In this document: positions 16,110-25,749 of the stretch, one piece after another
Position numbering within the stretch: position 1 is the first letter of the stretch
Layout of the letters: each line of letters opens with the position of its first letter
Assembly: GCA_964016885.1 (NCBI GenBank)
Contig: OZ024744.1
Location: 41,168,001 to 41,232,000, forward strand
Reading direction: 5' to 3'
From: Eledone cirrhosa
Taxonomy: Eukaryota
Length of the DNA: 64,000 nt
Translations under genes and position numbers: made by a program
Notes under the pieces: model-generated
The model's database searches: none
The model's input: the letters and a program-made list of their open reading frames with translations, nothing else
Told to the model about the DNA's origin: nothing

Positions 16110-19100
16110 TTACAGACACATACTCAGAGAAGGCCCATTCATTCGGGCCATACTTGCTTCTCTCACCCATCTTTCAACAAAATGCTGGGAAGAGAGCACT
16201 TCCCTCTCTACCCTGATTTTCCTTTTCAAATGAAATTTGAAAAAGTTAATCAGGGCATCACCGAAGAGGCAAGTGCTCGTCTTCAGCCCTTTCAAACGTG
16301 TCCACCATACTATCTCTTTCGCCATGGCCACCAGACAGATAAAAACTGCCTGCCCTTCCAGGCTAAAGGAAGGGGGCGGGGCAATCCTCACGATGGACTC
16401 AGCTGATAGCCGGATCCGTCCTACACGTGACAGCAGGTGTTCGACATAAACCCACAAGTCAGCAATGCTCGGACACTGGACGAGTGCGTGCAGGACGGTT
16501 TCGTCGCCCTGCGCGCATCTCGGACATGCCCGGCTGACGGCACCTCCATGCCTGTAGAGTTTATCCCGAACTGGCAAAGCTCCTCGGTAGCACTGCCAGG
16601 CCAGGGATTTCTGGAAGTTGTCCATAGGCCCTGGCCCGAAAGTCCTTCCGAAGAGATTGGCTAGTTGATTTTCGTCGACGCCTAGAGTTTCTCCAAGTAC
16701 GTCGTCGCTCTTCCCCTCCACTAATCCCCTATAGAACGCCAAGGTGGAGTTTCCACCGATCACATTGCCCGATTGGTCGAGGGCTGTGAGCGCCTGAAGA
16801 CATTCCAGTCTCCAAGCGCTCCCTCTCGGTCTTCGCTTGACCCAGGACTGCAGCTCCGTCAAGGAGACGAGCTGGGGAAAAACGCGTCTTGCAAACGGCG
16901 ACCACACCTGATCACCGTCGAGGAAGAGGTGGAGATGTCGTAGCCTGAGCGCGTGTCTGCGCATCATCAGCCACGGCATGCCCAGCCCTCCACGTAGCGG
17001 GTGTTGACAGCAGATGGACCGCCTGACCATCGGAGCGCGTCCCTTCCACAAGAAGCGAAAGAGCAAACGCTCCAGCGCAGTCAGGCGGGGCTTAGGACAA
17101 GATACGACGGTCAGGCGGTAGTAGATGACGGATGCGATGTACGCATTCGCCACCTCCGCTCGACCTTTCAGAGATAGCTTCCTCTCGGCCCATTTCTGTG
17201 TGAGAGAAGCCACCCTGCTCGTCACGTCGTCCCAGTTTTTGTCCGTCTGGAGGTCTGGACCGAACCAGACCCCTAGCAATTTAACCGGTCCGTCCGTCCA
17301 GCGCCCGACGACGCTGTTGGACGGCATGGACCTGCCTCTCCAGGTTCCGAGCTGCAGGCCCACTGACTTTTCCTGGTTGATCATTGCTCCTGTCACCGCT
17401 TCGTATTCTCTTAGTGTAGTGCCGATCGCCTCGATGTGTTTGGCGTTCGACACCACTACGGTGACATCGTCGGCATATGCTGACAGGGATCTTCCGCATC
17501 CTAGTTCGCGCGGGACCCCCCTCAACGTCTCCAGTTTGTGCAGTAATGGCTCGAGAGTCAATACGTACAATAGGGACGAGAGGGGACATCCTTGGCGGAC
17601 CGAGCGCATGATGTTGAACGGTTCCGAAAGGTGACCGTTCACTCTCACTACAGAGCAGATGTCGCTGTGCATGGCAGCGATCCAGCCTCTGAAGACGGGC
17701 CCAAAGCCAGCCGCCCTCAGGACTGCCGTTAGGTAACGATGGTCGACCCTATCGAAGGCTTTCGACTGATCTAAATTGATCAAAGACCCACCCGTGCCAG
17801 GTTCCCTAGCTACCCTCTCTACGATGTATCGCATGAGGTGGAGGTTGTCGTGGATGGATCTGTCGGGAATGGCGCATGTCTGTGCCTCTCTCACCAGACC
17901 ACCAACGACAAGCGCCAACCTCTTTGCTAGCACCTTGGCCAAAATCTTGAACTCTGTGTTTAGCAGAGTTATGGGCCTAAAATTATCTATGTTATCCCCC
18001 TTGTTCGGATCCTTTCTCAGCAACGCCACCGCTCCTCGGCTCACAGAGCTGGGAATTCTCCCGTTCTGTTGCCAGTAGCAGTAGACGTCCGCCAAGAGGC
18101 CTCCGAACAAGTTTGGCATTTGTACGTAAAGTTCATAGGGCAGACCATCCAAACCAGGCGATTTACCCCTTGTGCAACTAGTCATTGCATCCCGTACTTC
18201 AGCGGTTGTTATCGGCTTTTCGCAACACTCCGCCTCAGTGGCCGAAAGCCGCGGCAGTCCGTCGAGGTAGACACTAAAGTCCATCCCTCGATCCGGCCCG
18301 CCACTGCCCCCGAACAGTTGAGCGAAGTATCGCTGAAAAGCTTCACACATTTGCCCGGGATCGAGTAGCATGCGCCCGTCGTGGTCCACCAAAGACCGGA
18401 TCGTGGCTTTGTTGCCACGACGCGCCTCCGCCACTCGGGCCCATTGAACGGCTTTCGTCCCCTCGTGTCTGAGAGCACGCACCCTAGCTCTGACAACGCA
18501 GCCTTCGTGCTTTGCATTGAAGAATTGGTCAAGGGCCAATTTCGCCGCAAGTACGTCGGTCGCGATGCCTCTGCTAAACGCCTCATCTAATTTTCTAACT
18601 AATTCTCCCTCTGCTCTATTTTTCTCTATTGCTAAAGTCTTACTAAACCTAATGGACTCTATTCTAATTGCTCTTTTCAGAGCAAACCACCACTTGTTGT
18701 TGACGATGGCCCCCGTCAACGCCCGCTTAACTAGTTCGCTAATCCGGTCTCTGTAGGCCTTGCGCGCTGGTAAGGACGCGTTTAGCTTCCAGTAGCCGGG
18801 TCCTCGTCTATGAAGCATATCTAAGTCAAGCACACAGATCACGAATTTGTGGTCCGTGTAGCTGACTATCTTGAATTGTGGACAGCCTATGCTAGACCTA
18901 TCTATTTCCCTACAAAATACTCTATCTAGATATGATCTGGATGACCCTATGCGATTTGTCCAAGTCCACATTGGTACATTCGGGAAATCCATTCGGTACC
19001 TGTCAGACAGTTCAAAACGTCTGAGCAGGTTGGTGAGACTCTTGCACCCTCCTTCCCTATCCACTAATCCCACACAATCCCAGCGTGCATCTAAGATCCC

Positions 19101-19529
19101 GTTCCAGTCGCCCACTAACACTAAAGAGCGGGACGTTCCAAGAAAGGTCTCCAGACGCCGGAAGAAATCAGGCCGCCCTGCTCCTGTCGGGGCATAGACG
19201 GCCACTAACCTGAAAGCTTGCCCGTCTCCGCTGGTCACGTCCAGCACCACCAACTTACCTTCTGGGTCCAGGAATATGGCCCGTATGGCAAGATCCAAAC
19301 CTCTCCGAAAAAGCACAGCAACTCCTCCCCCCGATCCCGGACGGCTGGGAGATGCGTACACATCGTAGCCGCCGAAGATCGGTGCGAAAGCCTGTGCTTC
19401 GGAGATTCTGGTCTCGCTGATGGCCACTACATCTATGTTTAGTGACCTGAGGTCGTTGAGCAGGTGGCCCTGCTTCCATGACGACCCCAAGCCACGCGCA
19501 TTTATGCTGCCTATTCTGAGTGAGGTCAT
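16110..19529 (-). CDS. Tx1 ORF2: AP endonuclease + reverse transcriptase + C-terminal CCHC, intact 1139 aa
   Basis: SINARGL, ISETR, VYAP, GDWN, SYLDRVF, YTDHK; [38 protein letters not shown]; CPRC..ETVLHALVQC. Confidence 0.95.
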   Translation of the reverse strand: MTSLRIGSINARGLGSSWKQGHLLNDLRSLNIDVVAISETRISEAQAFAPIFGGYDVYASPSRPGSGGGVAVLFRRGLDLAIRAIFLDPEGKLVVLDVTSGDGQAFRLVAVYAPTGAGRPDFFRRLETFLGTSRSLVLVGDWNGILDARWDCVGLVDREGGCKSLTNLLRRFELSDRYRMDFPNVPMWTWTNRIGSSRSYLDRVFCREIDRSSIGCPQFKIVSYTDHKFVICVLDLDMLHRRGPGYWKLNASLPARKAYRDRISELVKRALTGAIVNNKWWFALKRAIRIESIRFSKTLAIEKNRAEGELVRKLDEAFSRGIATDVLAAKLALDQFFNAKHEGCVVRARVRALRHEGTKAVQWARVAEARRGNKATIRSLVDHDGRMLLDPGQMCEAFQRYFAQLFGGSGGPDRGMDFSVYLDGLPRLSATEAECCEKPITTAEVRDAMTSCTRGKSPGLDGLPYELYVQMPNLFGGLLADVYCYWQQNGRIPSSVSRGAVALLRKDPNKGDNIDNFRPITLLNTEFKILAKVLAKRLALVVGGLVREAQTCAIPDRSIHDNLHLMRYIVERVAREPGTGGSLINLDQSKAFDRVDHRYLTAVLRAAGFGPVFRGWIAAMHSDICSVVRVNGHLSEPFNIMRSVRQGCPLSSLLYVLTLEPLLHKLETLRGVPRELGCGRSLSAYADDVTVVVSNAKHIEAIGTTLREYEAVTGAMINQEKSVGLQLGTWRGRSMPSNSVVGRWTDGPVKLLGVWFGPDLQTDKNWDDVTSRVASLTQKWAERKLSLKGRAEVANAYIASVIYYRLTVVSCPKPRLTALERLLFRFLWKGRAPMVRRSICCQHPLRGGLGMPWLMMRRHALRLRHLHLFLDGDQVWSPFARRVFPQLVSLTELQSWVKRRPRGSAWRLECLQALTALDQSGNVIGGNSTLAFYRGLVEGKSDDVLGETLGVDENQLANLFGRTFGPGPMDNFQKSLAWQCYRGALPVRDKLYRHGGAVSRACPRCAQGDETVLHALVQCPSIADLWVYVEHLLSRVGRIRLSAESIVRIAPPPSFSLEGQAVFICLVAMAKEIVWWTRLKGLKTSTCLFGDALINFFKFHLKRKIRVEREVLSSQHFVERWVREASMARMNGPSLSMCL

Positions 19530-19563
19530 GTTGAAAAGGAGTGGAAAAGATGGGAAAGACCAC

Positions 19564-21428
19564 TTACCTTACTTCTCGTAGGAGAAGGACGGCTTTTCCA
19601 TCCTTTTCACTGCTTGTGGCCTCCTCAGGAAGGATGTCCTTATAAATTTTCCTGGAGAGTGCTTGTCGGATGTCTTTGGGGAATTTTTGTTTTAGTGTCA
19701 TGTACGTTTTCTGTGTGATGCGAGTGATTTTTATGTGTGGAGGTGGTGTGAATTTTGGGGTTGTTGTGTAGTCTTTTTCTGTGATGCTGGTGTTGTGTTG
19801 GATGTAGTGTAATAATTGCTTGTTGTTCAAATTTAATGCTGTGTAGTGTGTATCGTTTTGGTTGTTTTGTTTTGTTTGCGTTTGTTGTGGGTTTGTTTCT
19901 GTTTCGCATTTTGGTGATTTTTTGTGGTGTAGGTGATGGTGGTGTTGGAGTTAATGATGGTGATGGTGTTGGTGTTTGGGTTGATGGGGTTGGTGATGCT
20001 GGTGTGGATGGTGGCATATCTGTCCTAACTTTTTTGTTTCTTAGTTTATTTGTTTCCCTCTGTATTTTGTTTTTGGAGGGGGAAGGAAGAGAATTTTTTC
20101 TTTTTTGGTTTCTCTTTTTTTTCCGGATATCGTTTCCCACTCCTCGTCGTCACAATGGTGTTGTTGGTTTTGCTGGTGGTGGTAGTGGTGTTGGTTTTGC
20201 TACTGTTGCTGGGGTTGTTGCTGTTATAGTTGCTTCTGTTGTTGCTGCTACAGTTGTTGCTGGCATCTCTGCTACTGGTGGTGTTGATGGTTGTGTCACT
20301 GGGGTGGGTAGGAGAGGTGGCCTCAACCTTTTAACCTGAGGGCAGAAAGCCCTTAGGTGGGTTCCTTCACCACAAACGACACACCTAGGTCTTCTGCCCT
20401 CGACAATTACCGTGAGGTGGCTGCCGTCAGTGAGGTCTATTACCTCTGGGATCTCCTCAATGCTTTTTTGGTCCGCTTGGATCAGGAGCTCCATCCCAGA
20501 TCCGGACCAGTTTTCCTGCTTTTCTTTTGCTATTGTTATTATTTTCGTGTTGGCCTCGATGCCGGCGATGACAGCCGCTATTAGCCAGGGAATTTCGATG
20601 GCCGGTGGAACGTGGGTCACCCTGATCTTTACGAGTCTCTGGCCACAATAGCTTGGGACGAGTGTGAAGTCGTCACTTTTTAATGGGGCCATGGAGTGTT
20701 CTCTAGCCTCCTCTGGTGTTTCAAAGAACACATCCACGGTTCCATACTTTTGCCCACGTCTGATGTGGGTTTTTCTTTCCCACACATGTCCCAAAGCTTT
20801 TTGGATTTGGGACTCGGATGCCCGTTCCACTCGGCGCGATTTTACATTTATTGTTCTATACGACACGGTGCATAGGCGCCGATGCTCCATTTTATTAGGT
20901 GGGGGGGGGGGGAGGCTGACCCTGTACCCATCTTTCTTTACCATTTGTTTGGCATTTTCTAAATCTTCTTGAGTTACCGTGAACGCTTCGAATTGTTTTG
21001 CTACGATGGCGAAACTGAGGGTCGGTTTTATAATGTCATTGTTGTTGTTGTTGCTATCGTTAATATTAATTTTATTTTCAGTTGTGGTGGTGGTGACGTC
21101 AGTCGTCTTTGGTGGGGAAGAGTCCATTTTGCTTGATTTCATTTCGACGTCACGAGTTAATTTATTTTTTTCTTCTTTTGTTTCTGTTGTCGCGGTGGTG
21201 GTGGTGGTGGTGGTTGTCGCGGTGGTGGTGGTGGTGGAGGGTTTAACACCTGCAGTCATTGGTAATGGCGGGAAATGAATGTCTGCCTGAGACAAATTTA
21301 AAATATTGCTACTGCTTATATTTTTTTTGTTTGGCAAACGTAGTAACATTTACAATGGTGGTGTCGGTGTGAGGTGTTATTTTGTGAGGAAGGCTTTCAG
21401 CTGCTTCGTGCAGAGGGGAATTAGCCAT
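19564..21428 (-). pseudogene. Tx1 ORF1 (gag-like, zinc knuckle), frameshifted
   Basis: ATGGCTAAT start at 21428; main frame 20150-21349 has CVVCGEGTHLRAFC (CX2CX4HX4C); continues through frameshifts to ...LLLREVR* just before ORF2. Confidence 0.8.
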
Positions 21429-21637
21429 TTTTTTTCAAAGAAATTTTTGGATAATAATAAAAGTTAAAATTTTGGGCACAAGGCCCCAATCTTTTTGGGT
21501 GTCCTTTTCGGAAAACAATGTATGTGTGCTTATAAACAGTTTACAATAAAATTTTCCATAGATGGCAATTTTTAAACAAACGGAAATAACAAACCTTTGC
21601 GGAGCTCACGATAATACGATTTCCTACGTAGGTCGCC

Positions 21638-21755
<118 letters not shown>

Positions 21756-24700
21756 GAGAACGGAGGAACCACCCGAAGCAGACAATGATCTGAATACTGA
21801 GATAAATAATACCTGGAACAGAGATACGGCCACTGAGGAGATGAATGCTGACGGGCTAGGACAAGATTCGGTTGACATCCTAAATTTAGTGGTAGATAAG
21901 TTGAACAATGATAGTGGGAGACCTATGAACCTAAGATTTGTAGACAGGAAAAAGTTAAAAGAAACAACAGCTAAGGTAAACAAAGTCATCCCATACCTTG
22001 AGGCGAGGAGTCTTCACCAGTGCAACAATATCCTCAAATCAACAGCAAATACGGTGAGGAAACTACTTGGTATAAAAGCGAGAGGAAACAACAGACAAGA
22101 AAGAGCAGAGCCGTGGTGGAAGAAGCGACTGAGTGGGCAAATCGGGGAAATGAGAAATGACATAGGAAAGCTTGAGTCACTACTGAATGGGACACTAAAA
22201 AACATAGGCACTAAAAATAGACTGGAAATAAAATACAAAACTAGGAGTAAAAAGCTAAATATTATCATAGAGGAATTGAAGCAACGCATTGTAGCAAAGA
22301 GTGCCAAAATCAGGCGATACGAGAACAGAGTCAGTCAGTATAAACAGAACCGCATGTTCGACAACAACCAGAAGATGCTGTTTGGACAGCTTGAGGGGAA
22401 AGAAAGAGGCAACGACTTGATCCCTGGGGCGGAACAAGCTAAAACATTCTGGAGAGGAATATGGGAGCAGGATGTTAGACACAATGCCCAGGCAGGGTGG
22501 ATTGAGACAGTACAGAGGGAGATCGGTGAGCAGGCACAACAACAGACTGATTTGAGTATCACAGTTGAAACTCTTAAGGGGCAAGCCAAAAAACTAACTA
22601 ACTGGAAATCACCAGGCCCAGATGGTGTGCAGGGGTATTGGATTAAACATTTAACATCCCTCCACCCGAAGCTGACGGCCATGTTCAATGACTGCTTGGT
22701 GTCGGGTGAGGTGCCAGAGTGGTTGACAAAAGGTACCACAGTTCTGATAATGAAAGACCGAATCAAGGGTAATGATGTTACCAACTATAGACCTATCACA
22801 TGTCTGCCCGTAATGTGGAAACGGTTGACGAGCATTGTGTCTGAGGAAATCTACCATCACCTCCACACAAACAACTTGTTACCGGACGAACAGAAAGGAT
22901 GCCGAAAGAAGTCACGTGGTACAAAGGACCAGTTGCTTGTTGATAAGATGGTAATGGGGAATTGCAGGAGGAGACACACTGATCTTGCCATGGGATGGAT
23001 AGACTACAGAAAGGCATTTGACATGGTGCCTCATTCCTGGATCACCAAAAGCCTGGAGATCTTCAGGGTGGCAGATAACATCAGACAGTTGCTGGGCAGG
23101 AGTATGGGGTCCTGGGAGACAGAGTTGACATCAACTGGAGTATCCTTGGGAAGCGTGAAGATCAAGAGAGGTATCTTCCAGGGAGATAGCCTGTCCCCTC
23201 TGTTGTTTGTCCTTGCCCTGATGCCCTTGACCATTATGCTGCGAAAAGTGAGAGCAGGATACAAGTTGGGAAGGGGAGAGCTTACCATCAATCACCTCCT
23301 CTTCATGGACGATCTTAAGCTCTTCGGGAAAAGTGAGAAGGAGTTGGATGTGCTTGTTGACACTGTCCGTATTTTCAGCAGTGATATATGTATGCAGTTT
23401 GGTATTGGTAAATGTGGAGTCATTGTGATGAAGAGGGGTAGGTTGAGCAGAAGTAACGGGATCCAGATACCAACAGGTGAGATGATAAAGGAAATTGACT
23501 CTGAGGAAGGATACAAGTATTTGGGCGTTCTGGAGGCTGATGGCATAAAGAACAAAAAAATGAAGGAATTGTTAAGAACTGAATACATTCGGAGAGTAAG
23601 GAGCGTATTGAAGTCACATCTGAACAGCAGAAATGCCATAAGCGCAGTAAATTCCCGAGCTGTGTCTATTATTAGGTACAGTGCGGGAATTCTGAGATGG
23701 AATGTTGCTGAACAGAAAGAAATGGATAGGAAGACTAGGAAGCTATTGACTATCTACAACATGTTCCACAAGAGGAGTGATGTCGATAGACTCTACCTAA
23801 GGAGATCTGAGGGTGGAAGAGGTCTTATCAGCATAGAGGACTGTGTTCAGATGGAGAAAAACAACCTATACAAATACGTGACCTATAGTAAGGAGCCAAT
23901 GCTCAGAACTGTACTGAAGGAGGGGACAGTAGGCCAGGGGATGTCCAAGGAGGAAATAACATCAAGGAGGAAGAGCAGCCTTAAGGGAAAATCCCTTCAT
24001 AGTACCTTCTTTGAGAAAACTGAATTTAGAGATCCACAGACATGGAACTGGTTGAGAAGAGGAGACCTCAAAAAGGCTACAGAAGGAATGGTAATGGCTG
24101 CGCAGGAGCAGGCCCTCAAAACGAAGTGGTTGAAGCACCATATCTACAAGGAGGAGGCTAGCCCACTGTGCAGGATCTGTGGAGAGAGAGAGGAGACTGT
24201 GGCTCACATTGTGTCCGAGTGTAAACACCTAGCCCAGACCCACTATAAGGGCTGGAGACACGATGTGATGGGCAGGGTGATCCACTGGCACCTGTGCAAA
24301 GTAAACAATCTACCACATTCTGAGAAATGGTATGAGCATAGGCCAGAGGCGGTGATGGAGAACAGTCAGGTGAAGGTGCTGTGGGATTTTAGGATACAGA
24401 CGGACAAAAAACTGGAACACAATAGACCTGACCTGGTGGTTGTGGACAAAGAAAAAAGATCGTGCCTGATTGTGGATGTGGCCTGCCCGTTCGACACGAG
24501 AGTGCAAGAGAAGGAGAGGGAGAAAATTAACCGATACCAGGACCTAAAGTGGGAAGTGAAAAGGATTTGGAACTGCCATGAAGTCAAAGTGATCCCGATT
24601 GTCATAGGCGCACTGGGGACTATCTCCAAAGGTTTCCAGGGATGGTTAAAGAAAATCGGCCCCTTCACGCTTTTTGGAACGCTTCAAAAGGCATGCTTGC

Positions 24701-24820
24701 TTGGAACAGCAAGAACCCTCCGATACGTCCTGAATATCTGAGGCTGCAGGTAGTGGCTTGATATTCAATCCAACGGATTTTCCAGTTAACCAACATCAAT
24801 GACTGAGATTCAAGGAATAG
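21756..24820 (+). mobile_element. R4/Dong-type RLE non-LTR retrotransposon, 5'-truncated, (AAT)n tail
   Basis: Starts mid-ORF (matches 26338 onward of the next copy); short 3' UTR followed by (AAT)n. Confidence 0.9.
21841..24741 (+). CDS. RT + CCHC + restriction-like endonuclease (uninterrupted, N-terminally truncated)
   Basis: KSPGPDG, YRPITCL, IDYRKAFD, GIFQGDSLSPLLF, LLFMDDLK, YKYLG, GGRGL, CRICGEREETVAHIVSEC, RHD, RPDLVVVD..IVDVACP..K..RY. Confidence 0.92.
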   Translation: MNADGLGQDSVDILNLVVDKLNNDSGRPMNLRFVDRKKLKETTAKVNKVIPYLEARSLHQCNNILKSTANTVRKLLGIKARGNNRQERAEPWWKKRLSGQIGEMRNDIGKLESLLNGTLKNIGTKNRLEIKYKTRSKKLNIIIEELKQRIVAKSAKIRRYENRVSQYKQNRMFDNNQKMLFGQLEGKERGNDLIPGAEQAKTFWRGIWEQDVRHNAQAGWIETVQREIGEQAQQQTDLSITVETLKGQAKKLTNWKSPGPDGVQGYWIKHLTSLHPKLTAMFNDCLVSGEVPEWLTKGTTVLIMKDRIKGNDVTNYRPITCLPVMWKRLTSIVSEEIYHHLHTNNLLPDEQKGCRKKSRGTKDQLLVDKMVMGNCRRRHTDLAMGWIDYRKAFDMVPHSWITKSLEIFRVADNIRQLLGRSMGSWETELTSTGVSLGSVKIKRGIFQGDSLSPLLFVLALMPLTIMLRKVRAGYKLGRGELTINHLLFMDDLKLFGKSEKELDVLVDTVRIFSSDICMQFGIGKCGVIVMKRGRLSRSNGIQIPTGEMIKEIDSEEGYKYLGVLEADGIKNKKMKELLRTEYIRRVRSVLKSHLNSRNAISAVNSRAVSIIRYSAGILRWNVAEQKEMDRKTRKLLTIYNMFHKRSDVDRLYLRRSEGGRGLISIEDCVQMEKNNLYKYVTYSKEPMLRTVLKEGTVGQGMSKEEITSRRKSSLKGKSLHSTFFEKTEFRDPQTWNWLRRGDLKKATEGMVMAAQEQALKTKWLKHHIYKEEASPLCRICGEREETVAHIVSECKHLAQTHYKGWRHDVMGRVIHWHLCKVNNLPHSEKWYEHRPEAVMENSQVKVLWDFRIQTDKKLEHNRPDLVVVDKEKRSCLIVDVACPFDTRVQEKEREKINRYQDLKWEVKRIWNCHEVKVIPIVIGALGTISKGFQGWLKKIGPFTLFGTLQKACLLGTARTLRYVLNI

Positions 24821-25749
24821 CAATAACAATAATAATAATAATAATAATAATAAAATAATAAAAAAAGGGAAGAAGACGCACGAGGTGACGGAGGTCATGA
24901 AATCGCTCCCGTAAGTTTTGAATTTTTAACATATTTAAACCATTTGTGAAATAACAACTCTTAGCACAAATGCTACGTAAAGCACCCGGCTTGAGCCCCA
25001 AAAAAATTCGGACCCAAAATATATTGTTATAAGGCTCAAATATTCAAATATTCAACTTTGTATTGTACACTGTATATCCAAAAAAAAATGGCTATAAATG
25101 GAAGAAGAACCCCTCCCCTCCTCTCCTCTGGCTACACTATATAGGACAGCTAAACTCACCAACACCAGAAACTAGATACACCACCCACCCCATCATCTGT
25201 GTACACTAAACACAACAGCCAGATAACGACACATTTTCACCTTCACCGCCACCGCTCACTACGGCCATCATTACCACCACTATCCCATCACCGCCGCCAC
25301 CACCCCTTGACTCCGCTACAGCACCATCACTACAGTAATACGGTCACATCACCGCCACCACTGCCTCGGTATCGACATCACCACCACCACTGTCTCAGTA
25401 TCGCTAACGCCGCCAGTCTCCCACTTCCCTGCTGGCTGCTACTTCCACATTATAGAATTCCTACTACTAACAAAGAGGAAGGCATCAAAATATATAGATA
25501 GACCCAAAAGAAAAAAGAAAAAAAAAACAACAAAACCAAAGCAGCACAGCAACAACAGCAAAAAACGAGAAAAACAAACAGAGAAAAACAAAAACAAAAA
25601 AAAGAAACCCCAAAAACGTAAAGAAAATAAGATTGAAGAGAGAAGCAGGCGGACGGACAGAGAAGAGGGGGGAAAAGTAAAACTTAAAAAACTCAAACTA
25701 AGTCAGACATTCGAACACTACATTACAATGAAACTTATGCTTATTCATT

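Larger units (their letters stand above)
15867..21637 (-). mobile_element. Full-length Tx1/L1-clade non-LTR retrotransposon in (AAT)n
   Basis: 5' GGCGACCTACG directly after (TTA)n; ORF1 and ORF2; 3' UTR with AATAAA followed by a (TTA)n tail. Confidence 0.93.

Noticed and set aside
17125-19197. Antisense ORFs over the Tx1, R4 and RTE coding regions
   Set aside because: Shadow ORFs of the real frames
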